Positions 1 through 7,081 of a stretch of 24,000 nucleotides of DNA are shown in pieces (position 1 is the first letter of the stretch; each line of letters starts with the position of its first letter). Origin of the DNA: Candidatus Bathyarchaeia archaeon (GTDB lineage: Archaea > Thermoproteota > Bathyarchaeia > 40CM-2-53-6 > JAVZFM01); NCBI GenBank assembly GCA_038872815.1, contig JAVZFM010000003.1:1-24000 (forward strand), given 5' to 3'. Made by a program: the position numbers and the translations under genes. Below the pieces are notes generated by a model. The model made no database searches and was not told where the DNA came from. It saw only the letters and a program-made list of their open reading frames with translations.

Positions 1-700
1 CTATTATTGGGTGAATATGTTCTAATGGACATAAAAATACAAGTAAAATTACATCTAAAGAATTATCGATTATAGGCCCACCTGCTGAAAAAGCATGAGC
101 CATAGACCCTGTTGGAGTAGATGTTATTAAAGCATCCGCTCTTGTCTCAAGAAGCTTTTCATCGTTTATTGAAATCTCAAAATTAAGCATTTTAGATGGA
201 AGCGAAGGAGCTATTAAAGCTTCATTCAATCCATCAACCAGCTTTTTATCATCTAGAAAAACAGAAATTTTTAAATGCTTCTCAAGCCTATAATCTCCTT
301 CTAAATAGCGTTTAATGGCATTGAATGCTTCTTTTGGAGGGACTTCTGCCAGGAATCCTCTCTTGCCCATATTTATAGCTAAAATAGGTGTTTCAGGTTT
401 CGAGACTTCCATACAAGTTTTTAAGATAGTGCCATCACCGCCAATAGTAATCAATAGATCTGCAAAGATTTCAGGTAACGCTTTTCCATTTTTTAGGCCC
501 ATTCTTTTAGCAAATTCAAGCTCCGGTATTGTTTCAATACCTAAATCCAATAAATATTTATAAACTTCAAAGGAAAGCTTTAATGCATCCATTGAATCCA
601 ATTTTGATATTAGACCAACTTTAACCAAGTCATTTATACACCAAGAGAAGATTTCTTTATAGATTTTATCTTTAATGGCGCTCTTAAAGTTTATAACCAT
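1..700 (-). CDS. nadK: NAD kinase, N-terminal ~233 codons (C-terminus runs off the left edge)
   Basis: Not in the ORF track because it is edge-truncated. Minus-strand translation from the ATG (complement of 698-700) gives MVINFKSAIKDK...ADLLITIGGDGTILK...LNEALI...RADALITSTPTGSMAHAFSAGGPII. The GGDGT and TPTGS.A..SAGGP motifs are NAD kinase signatures. The track ORF 315..563(+) is its antisense shadow. Confidence 0.85.
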   Translation of the reverse strand, partial: MVINFKSAIKDKIYKEIFSWCINDLVKVGLISKLDSMDALKLSFEVYKYLLDLGIETIPELEFAKRMGLKNGKALPEIFADLLITIGGDGTILKTCMEVSKPETPILAINMGKRGFLAEVPPKEAFNAIKRYLEGDYRLEKHLKISVFLDDKKLVDGLNEALIAPSLPSKMLNFEISINDEKLLETRADALITSTPTGSMAHAFSAGGPIIDNSLDVILLVFLCPLEHIHPII

Positions 701-775
701 AAAAATTAATAATCTTTTTTAGGATGATTGTTTTCATATTCTTCAAAGAATCATATAAATTTGGGGGAAATATAA

Positions 776-1196
776 TTGAGTAAGCCTGAAGAAGTAGGTT
801 CGCTTAAAGTTGGCCAATATATAGTCATCGATGATGAACCTTGTAGAATAGTTGAGCTTGAGAAAAGTAAGCCCGGAATGTAGTCAATTTAAACTACCCG
901 GATAACATGGATCTGCTAAAGCTAGGATAGTTGCTATTGGAGTCTTTACTAATCAAAAAAAGAGCATAATCGGCCCAGTAGATGCTAAAGTAGATGTACC
1001 TTTAATAGATAAAAAAAGTGGACAAGTGATAGCGATTGCTGGAGAAATAGTTCAATTAATGGATATGGAAACTTATCAAACCTTTGAAATTTCAATGCCT
1101 TTAGAGGATGAAATAAAAAATAAGTTAGCTCCAGGAGTAGAAGTTGAATACTGGAGTATGCTGGGAAGAAATAAAATAGTGAGGGTTAAGGGTTAA
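776..1196 (+). CDS. eif5a: Translation initiation factor 5A (aIF5A), split gene: join(776..878,904..1196), 131 codons after removal of a 25-nt BHB intron
   Basis: TTG at 776 has an in-frame TAA directly upstream (773-775). Exon 1 encodes (M)[33 protein letters not shown] plus the first base of a codon. Exon 2 supplies AA, then [96 protein letters not shown], with TAA at 1194-1196. The joined protein has the SKPGKHGSAKA hypusine loop and full-length similarity to crenarchaeal aIF5A as I recall it. Read contiguously, the frame stops at TAG 881-883. Confidence 0.88.
879..903 (+). other. Putative archaeal bulge-helix-bulge (BHB) intron, 25 nt, inside the aIF5A coding sequence
   Basis: Central 4-bp helix: CCGG 873-876 pairs with CCGG 898-901. 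3-nt bulge AAT 877-879. 5-bp helix GTAGT 880-884 with ACTAC 893-897, closed by the 8-nt loop CAATTTAA. Second 3-nt bulge ATA 902-904. Cleavage after the 2nd nucleotide of each bulge (the BHB rule) removes 879-903 and joins A878 to A904-A905, giving AAA (Lys) in frame. The outer exon-exon helix is weak (G871-C906, A869-T908, T868-G909), so this is a relaxed form of the motif. Confidence 0.8.
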
Positions 1197-1205
1197 TTTT
1201 TTAAA

Positions 1206-2156
1206 TTGGGCTTGAAAGATTTGCAAAATGTTAAACAAATGAAAGTATATGCTGGGATGAGTGTTAACAAGCTAATAGAAGAAATGAATGAATGTGGAGT
1301 ACTAGGAGCTGGAAAAATAGCTAAAGCTGTAGAAATAACTACTAAAATGTTCAACGACCCAGATTGTACAGTTTTATTATCGTTAGCAGGGCCCTTAGTG
1401 GCTGGAGGACTTAGAAAAATAATAAAAGACTTAATCGAGTATGGTTATTTAAAAGCCATAATTACTACTGGAGCCAACATAGTTCATGATGTTGTTGAAT
1501 CTTTAGGATATAAGCATATTAGGGGAACTTTTAAATCCAATGATTCAAGATTATGGAAAGAAGGCATTGGAAGGATTGGAGACATTTACATAGAGTTAAA
1601 AGTATTTGAGAAAGTTGAAAAATGGATTTATAAAAACTTAGAAAGTTTGCCTGAAAAAGAGCGAGAGAGACTTTCTCCAAATAAATTATTGTTTGAGCTT
1701 GGAAAACGAATTGATGATAACGATTCAATATTGGCTTCAGCAGCTAAAGAGAATGTTCCAATAATTTGTCCATGGCTAATTGATTCAATAATAGGATTTC
1801 AGATATGGAGTTTTGGAAGAATAAAAACTTTAAAAATAGATCCAATGCTCGATCTAAATTTATTAATGGATCTTGTTTTAAACGCTAAAAAAGTTGGAGC
1901 TATGATCTTAGGCGGAGGTATGCCTAAGCATTTTACATTGTTTGCAAATACTTTTAGAGGCGGTGTTGATTTTACTGTTCAAATTACTATGGATAGGCCT
2001 GAAGCTGGAAGTTTAAGTGGGGCTCCTTTAGAAGAAGCTATAAGTTGGGGTAAGGTTAAGGATGAAGCAAATTTAGTTACAGTTATTTGCGATGTAACTA
2101 TAGCTTTTCCAATTATAATTGCAGCAACCCTCGAAAGGCTCAAAAAAGCTTTTTAG
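1206..2156 (+). CDS. dys: Deoxyhypusine synthase
   Basis: 316-aa ORF with DHS-like sequence throughout (IITTGANIVHD, ILGGGMPKHF, RPEAGSLSGA..EEAISWGK). It begins 9 nt after the aIF5A stop. The start is TTG 1206; the in-frame ATG at 1239 is an alternative. Confidence 0.9.
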   Translation: MGLKDLQNVKQMKVYAGMSVNKLIEEMNECGVLGAGKIAKAVEITTKMFNDPDCTVLLSLAGPLVAGGLRKIIKDLIEYGYLKAIITTGANIVHDVVESLGYKHIRGTFKSNDSRLWKEGIGRIGDIYIELKVFEKVEKWIYKNLESLPEKERERLSPNKLLFELGKRIDDNDSILASAAKENVPIICPWLIDSIIGFQIWSFGRIKTLKIDPMLDLNLLMDLVLNAKKVGAMILGGGMPKHFTLFANTFRGGVDFTVQITMDRPEAGSLSGAPLEEAISWGKVKDEANLVTVICDVTIAFPIIIAATLERLKKAF

Positions 2157-2191
2157 AATCTATTTATGATAAAAGATTATCAGGGATTAAC

Positions 2192-3529
2192 TTGAGCGTT
2201 TTAGAAAGTTTAGGAAAATCCTTAAATGAAGCTATTAAAAAAATCTTTAAAGTTTCTATAGTTGATGAAGAAGTTATAAAAGAGCTTATAAGAGATTTAC
2301 AAAGAGCTTTACTACAAGCTGATGTTAACGTAAATTTAGTAATGGAAATCTCAGAGAAGATAAAAGAAAGGGTTTTAAAAGAGCCTATTCCACCTGGAAT
2401 TTCTAGAAAAGAACATGTAATTGAAGTTCTTTATGAGGAATTAACTAAATTTTTAGGAGAAAAGCCTGCTCAAGTTCAAACTCAGCCTGGAAAAACTCAT
2501 GTAATCATGCTTGTTGGAATTCAAGGCTCTGGTAAAACTTTAAGCTCAGTTAAAATTGCTAGATTTTATCAAAAAAGAGGAATGAAAACAGCCTTAATAT
2601 GCGCAGATACTTTTAGGCCTGGAGCATTTGAGCAATTAAAGCAATTAGCTGATGCATACTCAATTCCAGTTTATGGAGGTTTTATAGGAGAAAACCCAGA
2701 ATCAATAATAAAGAATGGTTTAGAGAAATTCAAAAAAGCGAAGTACGATGTCTTATTAATAGATACTGCTGGCCGTCATAAAAATGAAATCGATTTAATG
2801 AATGAAATGAAAAAACTTTCTGAATTAATAAAACCCGATGAAATAATGCTTGTTATAGATGGGACCATAGGCCAGCAAGCAAACGCTCAAGCAAAAGCGT
2901 TTAAGGAATATACCAATATAGGATCTATATTTGTAACAAAGCTTGATGGCTCAGCTAGAGGAGGAGGGGCTCTTTCAGCCGTAGTTTCTACAGGTGCAAA
3001 AATAAAATTCATTGGAATTGGAGAAAAAGTTGATGATATTGAAGTTTTTGATCCAGAAGGCTTTGTTGGAAGGTTATTGGGAATAGGCGATATAAAAGGA
3101 TTGTTAAGTAAAGTAAAAGAGTTAAAAGAACAAAGTTTACAAAAACCTAAAACATTTTTAGAAGGGAAATTCACTTTAAAAGACTTATACGATCAAATGG
3201 AGGCTTTACGTAAAATGGGTCCACTTAAAAGGATTTGGTCCATGTTACCAGGAAGCTACAATATGCCAGATGAGCTTATAGAGGTTGCTGAAAAAAAATT
3301 AAATGTATGGAGAGTTATTATACAATCTATGAGAAGGGAAGAAATAGAAAATCCAAAAATTGTTTCTTCTTCAAGAATTAAAAGAATTGCTAGAGGCTCA
3401 GGAACTAGTGAAAAGGATATAAAAGAATTAATTCAACAATACTTTATGATGAAAAAACTTCTTAAAAGCATTAAAAGAAGACATGCTTTTTTACCAAGAA
3501 AATTGGGATTGTTTAAAGCAAGTGGTTAA
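2192..3529 (+). CDS. srp54: Signal recognition particle protein SRP54
   Basis: GTPase motifs GIQGSGKT, DTAGR and TKLD, plus a Met-rich M domain. The conserved N-terminus (M)SVLESLGKSLNEAIKKI begins at in-frame TTG 2192. The track start at 2087 lies inside the dys gene and adds 35 non-homologous residues. Confidence 0.9.
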   Translation: MSVLESLGKSLNEAIKKIFKVSIVDEEVIKELIRDLQRALLQADVNVNLVMEISEKIKERVLKEPIPPGISRKEHVIEVLYEELTKFLGEKPAQVQTQPGKTHVIMLVGIQGSGKTLSSVKIARFYQKRGMKTALICADTFRPGAFEQLKQLADAYSIPVYGGFIGENPESIIKNGLEKFKKAKYDVLLIDTAGRHKNEIDLMNEMKKLSELIKPDEIMLVIDGTIGQQANAQAKAFKEYTNIGSIFVTKLDGSARGGGALSAVVSTGAKIKFIGIGEKVDDIEVFDPEGFVGRLLGIGDIKGLLSKVKELKEQSLQKPKTFLEGKFTLKDLYDQMEALRKMGPLKRIWSMLPGSYNMPDELIEVAEKKLNVWRVIIQSMRREEIENPKIVSSSRIKRIARGSGTSEKDIKELIQQYFMMKKLLKSIKRRHAFLPRKLGLFKASG

Positions 3530-3535
3530 TACATT

Positions 3536-3548
3536 AAGTTAATAAATC
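3536..3548 (+). promoter_or_regulatory. BRE/TATA-like promoter element upstream of rpl21e
   Basis: AAGTTAATAAATC, about 35-45 nt before ATG 3582. Matches the recurring window motif AAGTTTAWAAATC. Confidence 0.4.
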
Positions 3549-3581
3549 GCAACTTATACTAATTCTTTTAAGTGAGCAACA

Positions 3582-3881
3582 ATGGTTGAAAGGTCAAAAG
3601 GTTACCGTTCTAGGACTAGAAACCTTTTAAGAAAAAGGCCTAGGGATAAAGGGAAAATAAATCTTAGCAAAATACTTAGAACCTATAAAAATGGCGACAA
3701 AGTTTGTATAAAGATAGATCCAAGCGTACATAAGGGTATGCCTCATAGAAGATACCATGGTAAAATTGGATTGGTAATTGGAAAAAGAGGACGTAGCTAT
3801 GAAGTTAAAGTGATTAGTGGAGATAAATCCAAAATCCTCTTAGTTAGACCTGAGCATTTAGAAGCTTATGGAGGTTTGTAA
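3582..3881 (+). CDS. rpl21e: 50S ribosomal protein L21e
   Basis: 99 aa: MVERSKGYRSRTRNLL...DPSVHKGMPHRRYHGKIGLVIGKRGRSYEVKV, a typical L21e sequence. Confidence 0.92.
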   Translation: MVERSKGYRSRTRNLLRKRPRDKGKINLSKILRTYKNGDKVCIKIDPSVHKGMPHRRYHGKIGLVIGKRGRSYEVKVISGDKSKILLVRPEHLEAYGGL

Positions 3882-3882
3882 A

Positions 3883-4215
3883 ATGCCAAGAAAAATCATT
3901 TTTAAGCAAAGAATACCAATTCCTATTGCTAAAAAAATTTTAGAGGGGGTAGATGAAGCTGAGCTAGGAGAATTTCAAAGAAGAACTTTAGAATATACTA
4001 GAAAATTTTCAAAAATTTCTCCTGAAAAAAGCAATGAATTACTTGAAGAATTAATTAAAAAATTCCAATTAGAAGAAAGCATAGCTGTTCAATTAGTGAA
4101 CTCTTTGCCTAAAACTATTGAAGAAATTCGTTCAATAGTTGCAGTTAAAGGAAGAGTTGCAACAAGTGATCAATTAATAAGCATCTTGGAATTAATTAAA
4201 AAATTTGAAAAGTAA
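3883..4215 (+). CDS. rpoF: DNA-directed RNA polymerase subunit F (Rpo4)
   Basis: About 110 aa and helical: PIPIAKKILE...RRTLEYTRKFSKISPEKSNELLEELIK...LPKTIEEIRSI. It occupies the conserved L21e-RpoF-DUF655-KsgA position. ATG 3883 is preceded by GGAGGT (3870-3875); the in-frame ATG at 3868 is an alternative. Confidence 0.75.
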   Translation: MPRKIIFKQRIPIPIAKKILEGVDEAELGEFQRRTLEYTRKFSKISPEKSNELLEELIKKFQLEESIAVQLVNSLPKTIEEIRSIVAVKGRVATSDQLISILELIKKFEK

Positions 4216-4282
4216 AACTGATTTTTAGTTCTAGCTAAGCTTTTCTTACCTAACTTCATAGTTTAATGTTCTAGAATATTTT

Positions 4283-4295
4283 GAGTTTATAAAAT
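4283..4295 (+). promoter_or_regulatory. BRE/TATA-like promoter element upstream of the DUF655 gene
   Basis: GAGTTTATAAAAT, centred about 30 nt before TTG 4320. This spacing is consistent with a near-leaderless transcript. Confidence 0.4.
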
Positions 4296-4319
4296 AAATT
4301 TTATGGCAGTAGATAGAAG

Positions 4320-4928
4320 TTGTTTTTAAGAAATCATGATAAATTAGAAAAATCACAGTTTAAATCAAAAGAAGGAATATTTCATCGTTTTTTTGAGGAA
4401 TATGCATATGTTTTAGATTATTTACCGCATGGAAGGCCTTTACCAAATAGGCCCTTTGCTACTCCAACTATACAAATAATAGGAGAAAACTATTTTATTC
4501 TCTTAGAAGCTGAACTAAAACCTGGAATAACTGTTTCAATCCATGAAAGAATTTATGTTGGAAAGGAAAGGCGTGAAAAAGTAAATAGGATCATAGGTAA
4601 AATAGAGTATGAAAATTTAACTGCGGTAGCAAAAGCTGAATTGCCAAGCGTTTTAGAAGAAATCATAAAAAATCAAGAAAAAAAGTTTGTAGAATTCTTT
4701 AATAAAGCTCAACCAATTACTCCAAGAATGCATTCACTTGAATTGCTTCCAAGTATTGGGAAAAAAACTATGTGGCAAATAATAAACGAAAGAGAGAAAA
4801 AACCTTTTGAAAGCTTTGAAGAGATTAGGAATAGGGTTGGAATAGACCCTTTAAAGCTTATCGTTAAAAGAATTCTTGAAGAATTAAGTGAAGAATCAAA
4901 ATATAGATTATTCATAAAGGTTCCTTAA
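4320..4928 (+). CDS. DUF655-family protein with C-terminal helix-hairpin-helix (putative RNA/nucleic-acid binding)
   Basis: FEEYAYVLDYLPHGRP near the N-terminus and the HhH-like LELLPSIGKKTMWQII are typical of the DUF655 family. It has the conserved neighbourhood between rpoF and ksgA. TTG start; no in-frame ATG lies near the N-terminus. Confidence 0.7.
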   Translation: MFLRNHDKLEKSQFKSKEGIFHRFFEEYAYVLDYLPHGRPLPNRPFATPTIQIIGENYFILLEAELKPGITVSIHERIYVGKERREKVNRIIGKIEYENLTAVAKAELPSVLEEIIKNQEKKFVEFFNKAQPITPRMHSLELLPSIGKKTMWQIINEREKKPFESFEEIRNRVGIDPLKLIVKRILEELSEESKYRLFIKVP

Positions 4929-4930
4929 TA

Positions 4931-5758
4931 ATGAGCTTAAACTATTCAAGAATAAAAATTAAGAAAAGATATGGGCAGCATTTTTTGGTCTCTAAGCAAA
5001 TAGGCCATAAACTAGTTGAGTTAGCTGAGGTGAACGATAAAGATATAGTTCTGGAGATAGGGGCTGGAACAGGCTCATTAACTTCTATACTTAAGAATAA
5101 AGCAAATAAGGTAATAGCTGTTGAAAAGGATCCTGAACTTTTTGAGTTTTTAAAAAGAAAATTTTCATTTGATACTAGAGTTGAGCTTTTAAAAGGAGAT
5201 ATACTGGAAATAAAATTGCCAAGATTTAATAAAATAGTTTCAACCCCTCCATATAATATTTCATCTAAGTTGATTTTGTTCATAATAAACAAAAAAATAG
5301 ATTCAGCAACATTGATCCTACAAAAAGAATTTGCTGAAAGATTAATTGCAAAATGTGGTACAAAAAACTATGGAAGATTGACTGTTTCAGTTGGTCGTAA
5401 AGCATTTGTTGAAATTTTAGATTATGTTTCAAGAAATGCTTTTTATCCTCCTCCCAAAGTCGATTCTGCAATAGTTAAGATAATTCCAAAAAAGTCTGAA
5501 ATCAAGCTTCATAATGAACTTTTCTTTAATGAGCTAATAAGGGAGCTCTTTACGCAAAGAAGGAAAAAACTAAAAAAAGTTTTAGCAAAATATCTAGAAA
5601 AAACACATAGTTTAGATATAGAGAATGTATTGCTTAATCCTGCTGTGTTGAATAAAAGAGTTTATGAATTAAGCGTTAAAGAATTAGAATTAATTTCTGA
5701 CAAACTTTATGATGAAATTTCAAAGCATAACAGCTCAAAAGGATTATTAAGTGATTGA
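4931..5758 (+). CDS. rsmA: 16S rRNA (adenine1518/1519-N6)-dimethyltransferase RsmA/KsgA (Dim1)
   Basis: YGQHFL, the EIGAGTGSLT SAM-binding motif and the STPPYNISS catalytic motif. Confidence 0.92.
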   Translation: MSLNYSRIKIKKRYGQHFLVSKQIGHKLVELAEVNDKDIVLEIGAGTGSLTSILKNKANKVIAVEKDPELFEFLKRKFSFDTRVELLKGDILEIKLPRFNKIVSTPPYNISSKLILFIINKKIDSATLILQKEFAERLIAKCGTKNYGRLTVSVGRKAFVEILDYVSRNAFYPPPKVDSAIVKIIPKKSEIKLHNELFFNELIRELFTQRRKKLKKVLAKYLEKTHSLDIENVLLNPAVLNKRVYELSVKELELISDKLYDEISKHNSSKGLLSD

Positions 5759-6482
5759 TTTGATTTATCCAATAGTTATTTTGGTTGAACCTGAAAATGA
5801 GTATAACATAGGATTCATAGCTAGAGCTATGAAAAACTTTGGGTTAAAAGAACTAAGGTTAGTAAATCCTAAAGTAAGCCTTAGTGAAGGTGCTGAAAAA
5901 TGTGCAGCTCATGCTAAGGACATCCTTTTTAACTGTAAAATATTCAATAGCCTACTTGATTCAATTCAAGACATAGATTTTAAGATAGCAACAACAGCTA
6001 ACGTAGCAACAGATCCATCAAATCTACTTAGAATAGCTATACCAGTATATGAGCTTGGGAAAAAATTGTCACTTATAGAAAATAAAATTGCAATAATTTT
6101 TGGCAGGGAAAGCATAGGCCTTAAAAATGAAGAGCTTGAGTTTTGTGATATTTTAATAAATATACCGACAGATCCATGCTATCGAACAATGAATGTTTCA
6201 CATGCCGCCTCTATAATTTTTTATGAACTTTATAAAACTCATAGAAAATTTGATAAAAAGCTAATAGGAGCAAGTATAGAACTAAGAAAAAGATTGATTG
6301 AGTATTTTTTACAATTAGCTTATGAATCTGAAATTCCTGGGCATAAAATAAAACAAGCCTATAGAGCGTTTAAAAATGTTATCAATAGAGCTTCTATATC
6401 ACAAAGAGAAGCTTCTTTACTTATTGGTATATTAAGAAAGGCAGTTAATCTAATTAAGAAACATGATCAGGTAATCTGTTAG
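5751..6482 (+). CDS. trmJ: SpoU-TrmD (SPOUT) RNA 2'-O-methyltransferase, TrmJ-like
   Basis: VILVEPENEYNIGFIARAMKNFGLKELRLVNP, IIFGRESIGL and NVSHAASIIFYEL are TrmJ/LasT-type SPOUT motifs. The GTG start overlaps the rsmA stop (GTGATTGA). Confidence 0.8.
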   Translation: MIDLIYPIVILVEPENEYNIGFIARAMKNFGLKELRLVNPKVSLSEGAEKCAAHAKDILFNCKIFNSLLDSIQDIDFKIATTANVATDPSNLLRIAIPVYELGKKLSLIENKIAIIFGRESIGLKNEELEFCDILINIPTDPCYRTMNVSHAASIIFYELYKTHRKFDKKLIGASIELRKRLIEYFLQLAYESEIPGHKIKQAYRAFKNVINRASISQREASLLIGILRKAVNLIKKHDQVIC

Positions 6483-6540
6483 AAGTAAAAGTTTAAAAAT
6501 AGGTTTTATGTAACAATGGGTAAAAAAGTAAAAGTTTAAA
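6483..6540 (+). promoter_or_regulatory. Tandem promoter-like repeat upstream of rpl10e (two copies of AAGTAAAAGTTTAAA)
   Basis: An identical 15-mer occurs at 6483-6497 and 6526-6540, a 43-nt period. Each contains an AAGTTTAAA BRE/TATA-like core. The proximal copy lies about 33 nt before the TTG start. Confidence 0.45.
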
Positions 6541-6572
6541 TCAAATAGTTATTATGCTATTATAAAGGGGAG

Positions 6573-7076
6573 TTGGAGTTGAGAGGAAAAAACTATAGGA
6601 TCCCAAAAGGGCAACCTTATACTCGAGAAGAGTATATTCATGGAACCCCTCAACCAAAGATTTCCAAGTTTACGATGGGAAGCCCAAATGGAGATTATCA
6701 ATACAAAGCCTCTTTAATTTCCCAAATCGATGCACAAATACGTCACAATGCTTTAGAGGCAGCAAGAGTAGCTACAAACAAAGTTTTATTGGAAAAAATT
6801 GGCGATGCTGGATATTTTTTAATAGTATATCCATATCCACATGTGGTTTTAAGAGAAAATAAGATGATAGCTACAGCAGGTGCTGATAGATTGCAAGAAG
6901 GTATGAGAAGGTCTTTTGGAAAGCCTATAGGAAGAGCTGCTCGTGTTAAAGCCAATCAGCCAATAATAAGCATTTATGTTAACGAAAATCATTTAGGATA
7001 TGCAAAAGAAGCTCTAAAAGTGGGAGCCTCTAAGCTTCCAACTCCCTGTAGAATACTTGCTGAAAAAATATCTTAA
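6573..7076 (+). CDS. rpl10e: 50S ribosomal protein L10e (uL16)
   Basis: (M)ELRGKNYRIPKGQPYTREEYIHGTPQPKISKFTMG...RHNALEAARVA...RENKM...GADRLQEGMRRSFGKP, a typical L10e sequence. TTG start preceded by AAGGGGA. Confidence 0.92.
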   Translation: MELRGKNYRIPKGQPYTREEYIHGTPQPKISKFTMGSPNGDYQYKASLISQIDAQIRHNALEAARVATNKVLLEKIGDAGYFLIVYPYPHVVLRENKMIATAGADRLQEGMRRSFGKPIGRAARVKANQPIISIYVNENHLGYAKEALKVGASKLPTPCRILAEKIS

Positions 7077-7081
7077 AACAA

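Noticed and set aside
315-563. Track ORF on the + strand (82 aa)
   Set aside because: It is the antisense shadow of the minus-strand NAD kinase gene, whose translation has clear GGDGT and TPTGS motifs. It has low-complexity composition and no recognisable family.
872-902. CCCGGA direct repeat (872-877 and 897-902) as a target-site duplication of a mobile insertion in aIF5A
   Set aside because: CCGG is self-complementary, so a second copy is exactly what is needed to form the 4-bp central helix of the BHB motif. The structural explanation, with cleavage sites restoring the frame, is more economical than a transposon footprint.
1197-1202. T6 tract between aIF5A and dys as a definitive terminator separating the two genes
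   Set aside because: Oligo-T runs are very common in this AT-rich sequence, and the spacer is only 9 nt. It cannot be decided without transcript data, and is mentioned only as a possible attenuator.
2087-2191. Extended SRP54 start at 2087 given by the ORF track
   Set aside because: The extra 35 residues overlap the end of dys and have no SRP54 homology. The conserved N-terminus begins at in-frame TTG 2192.
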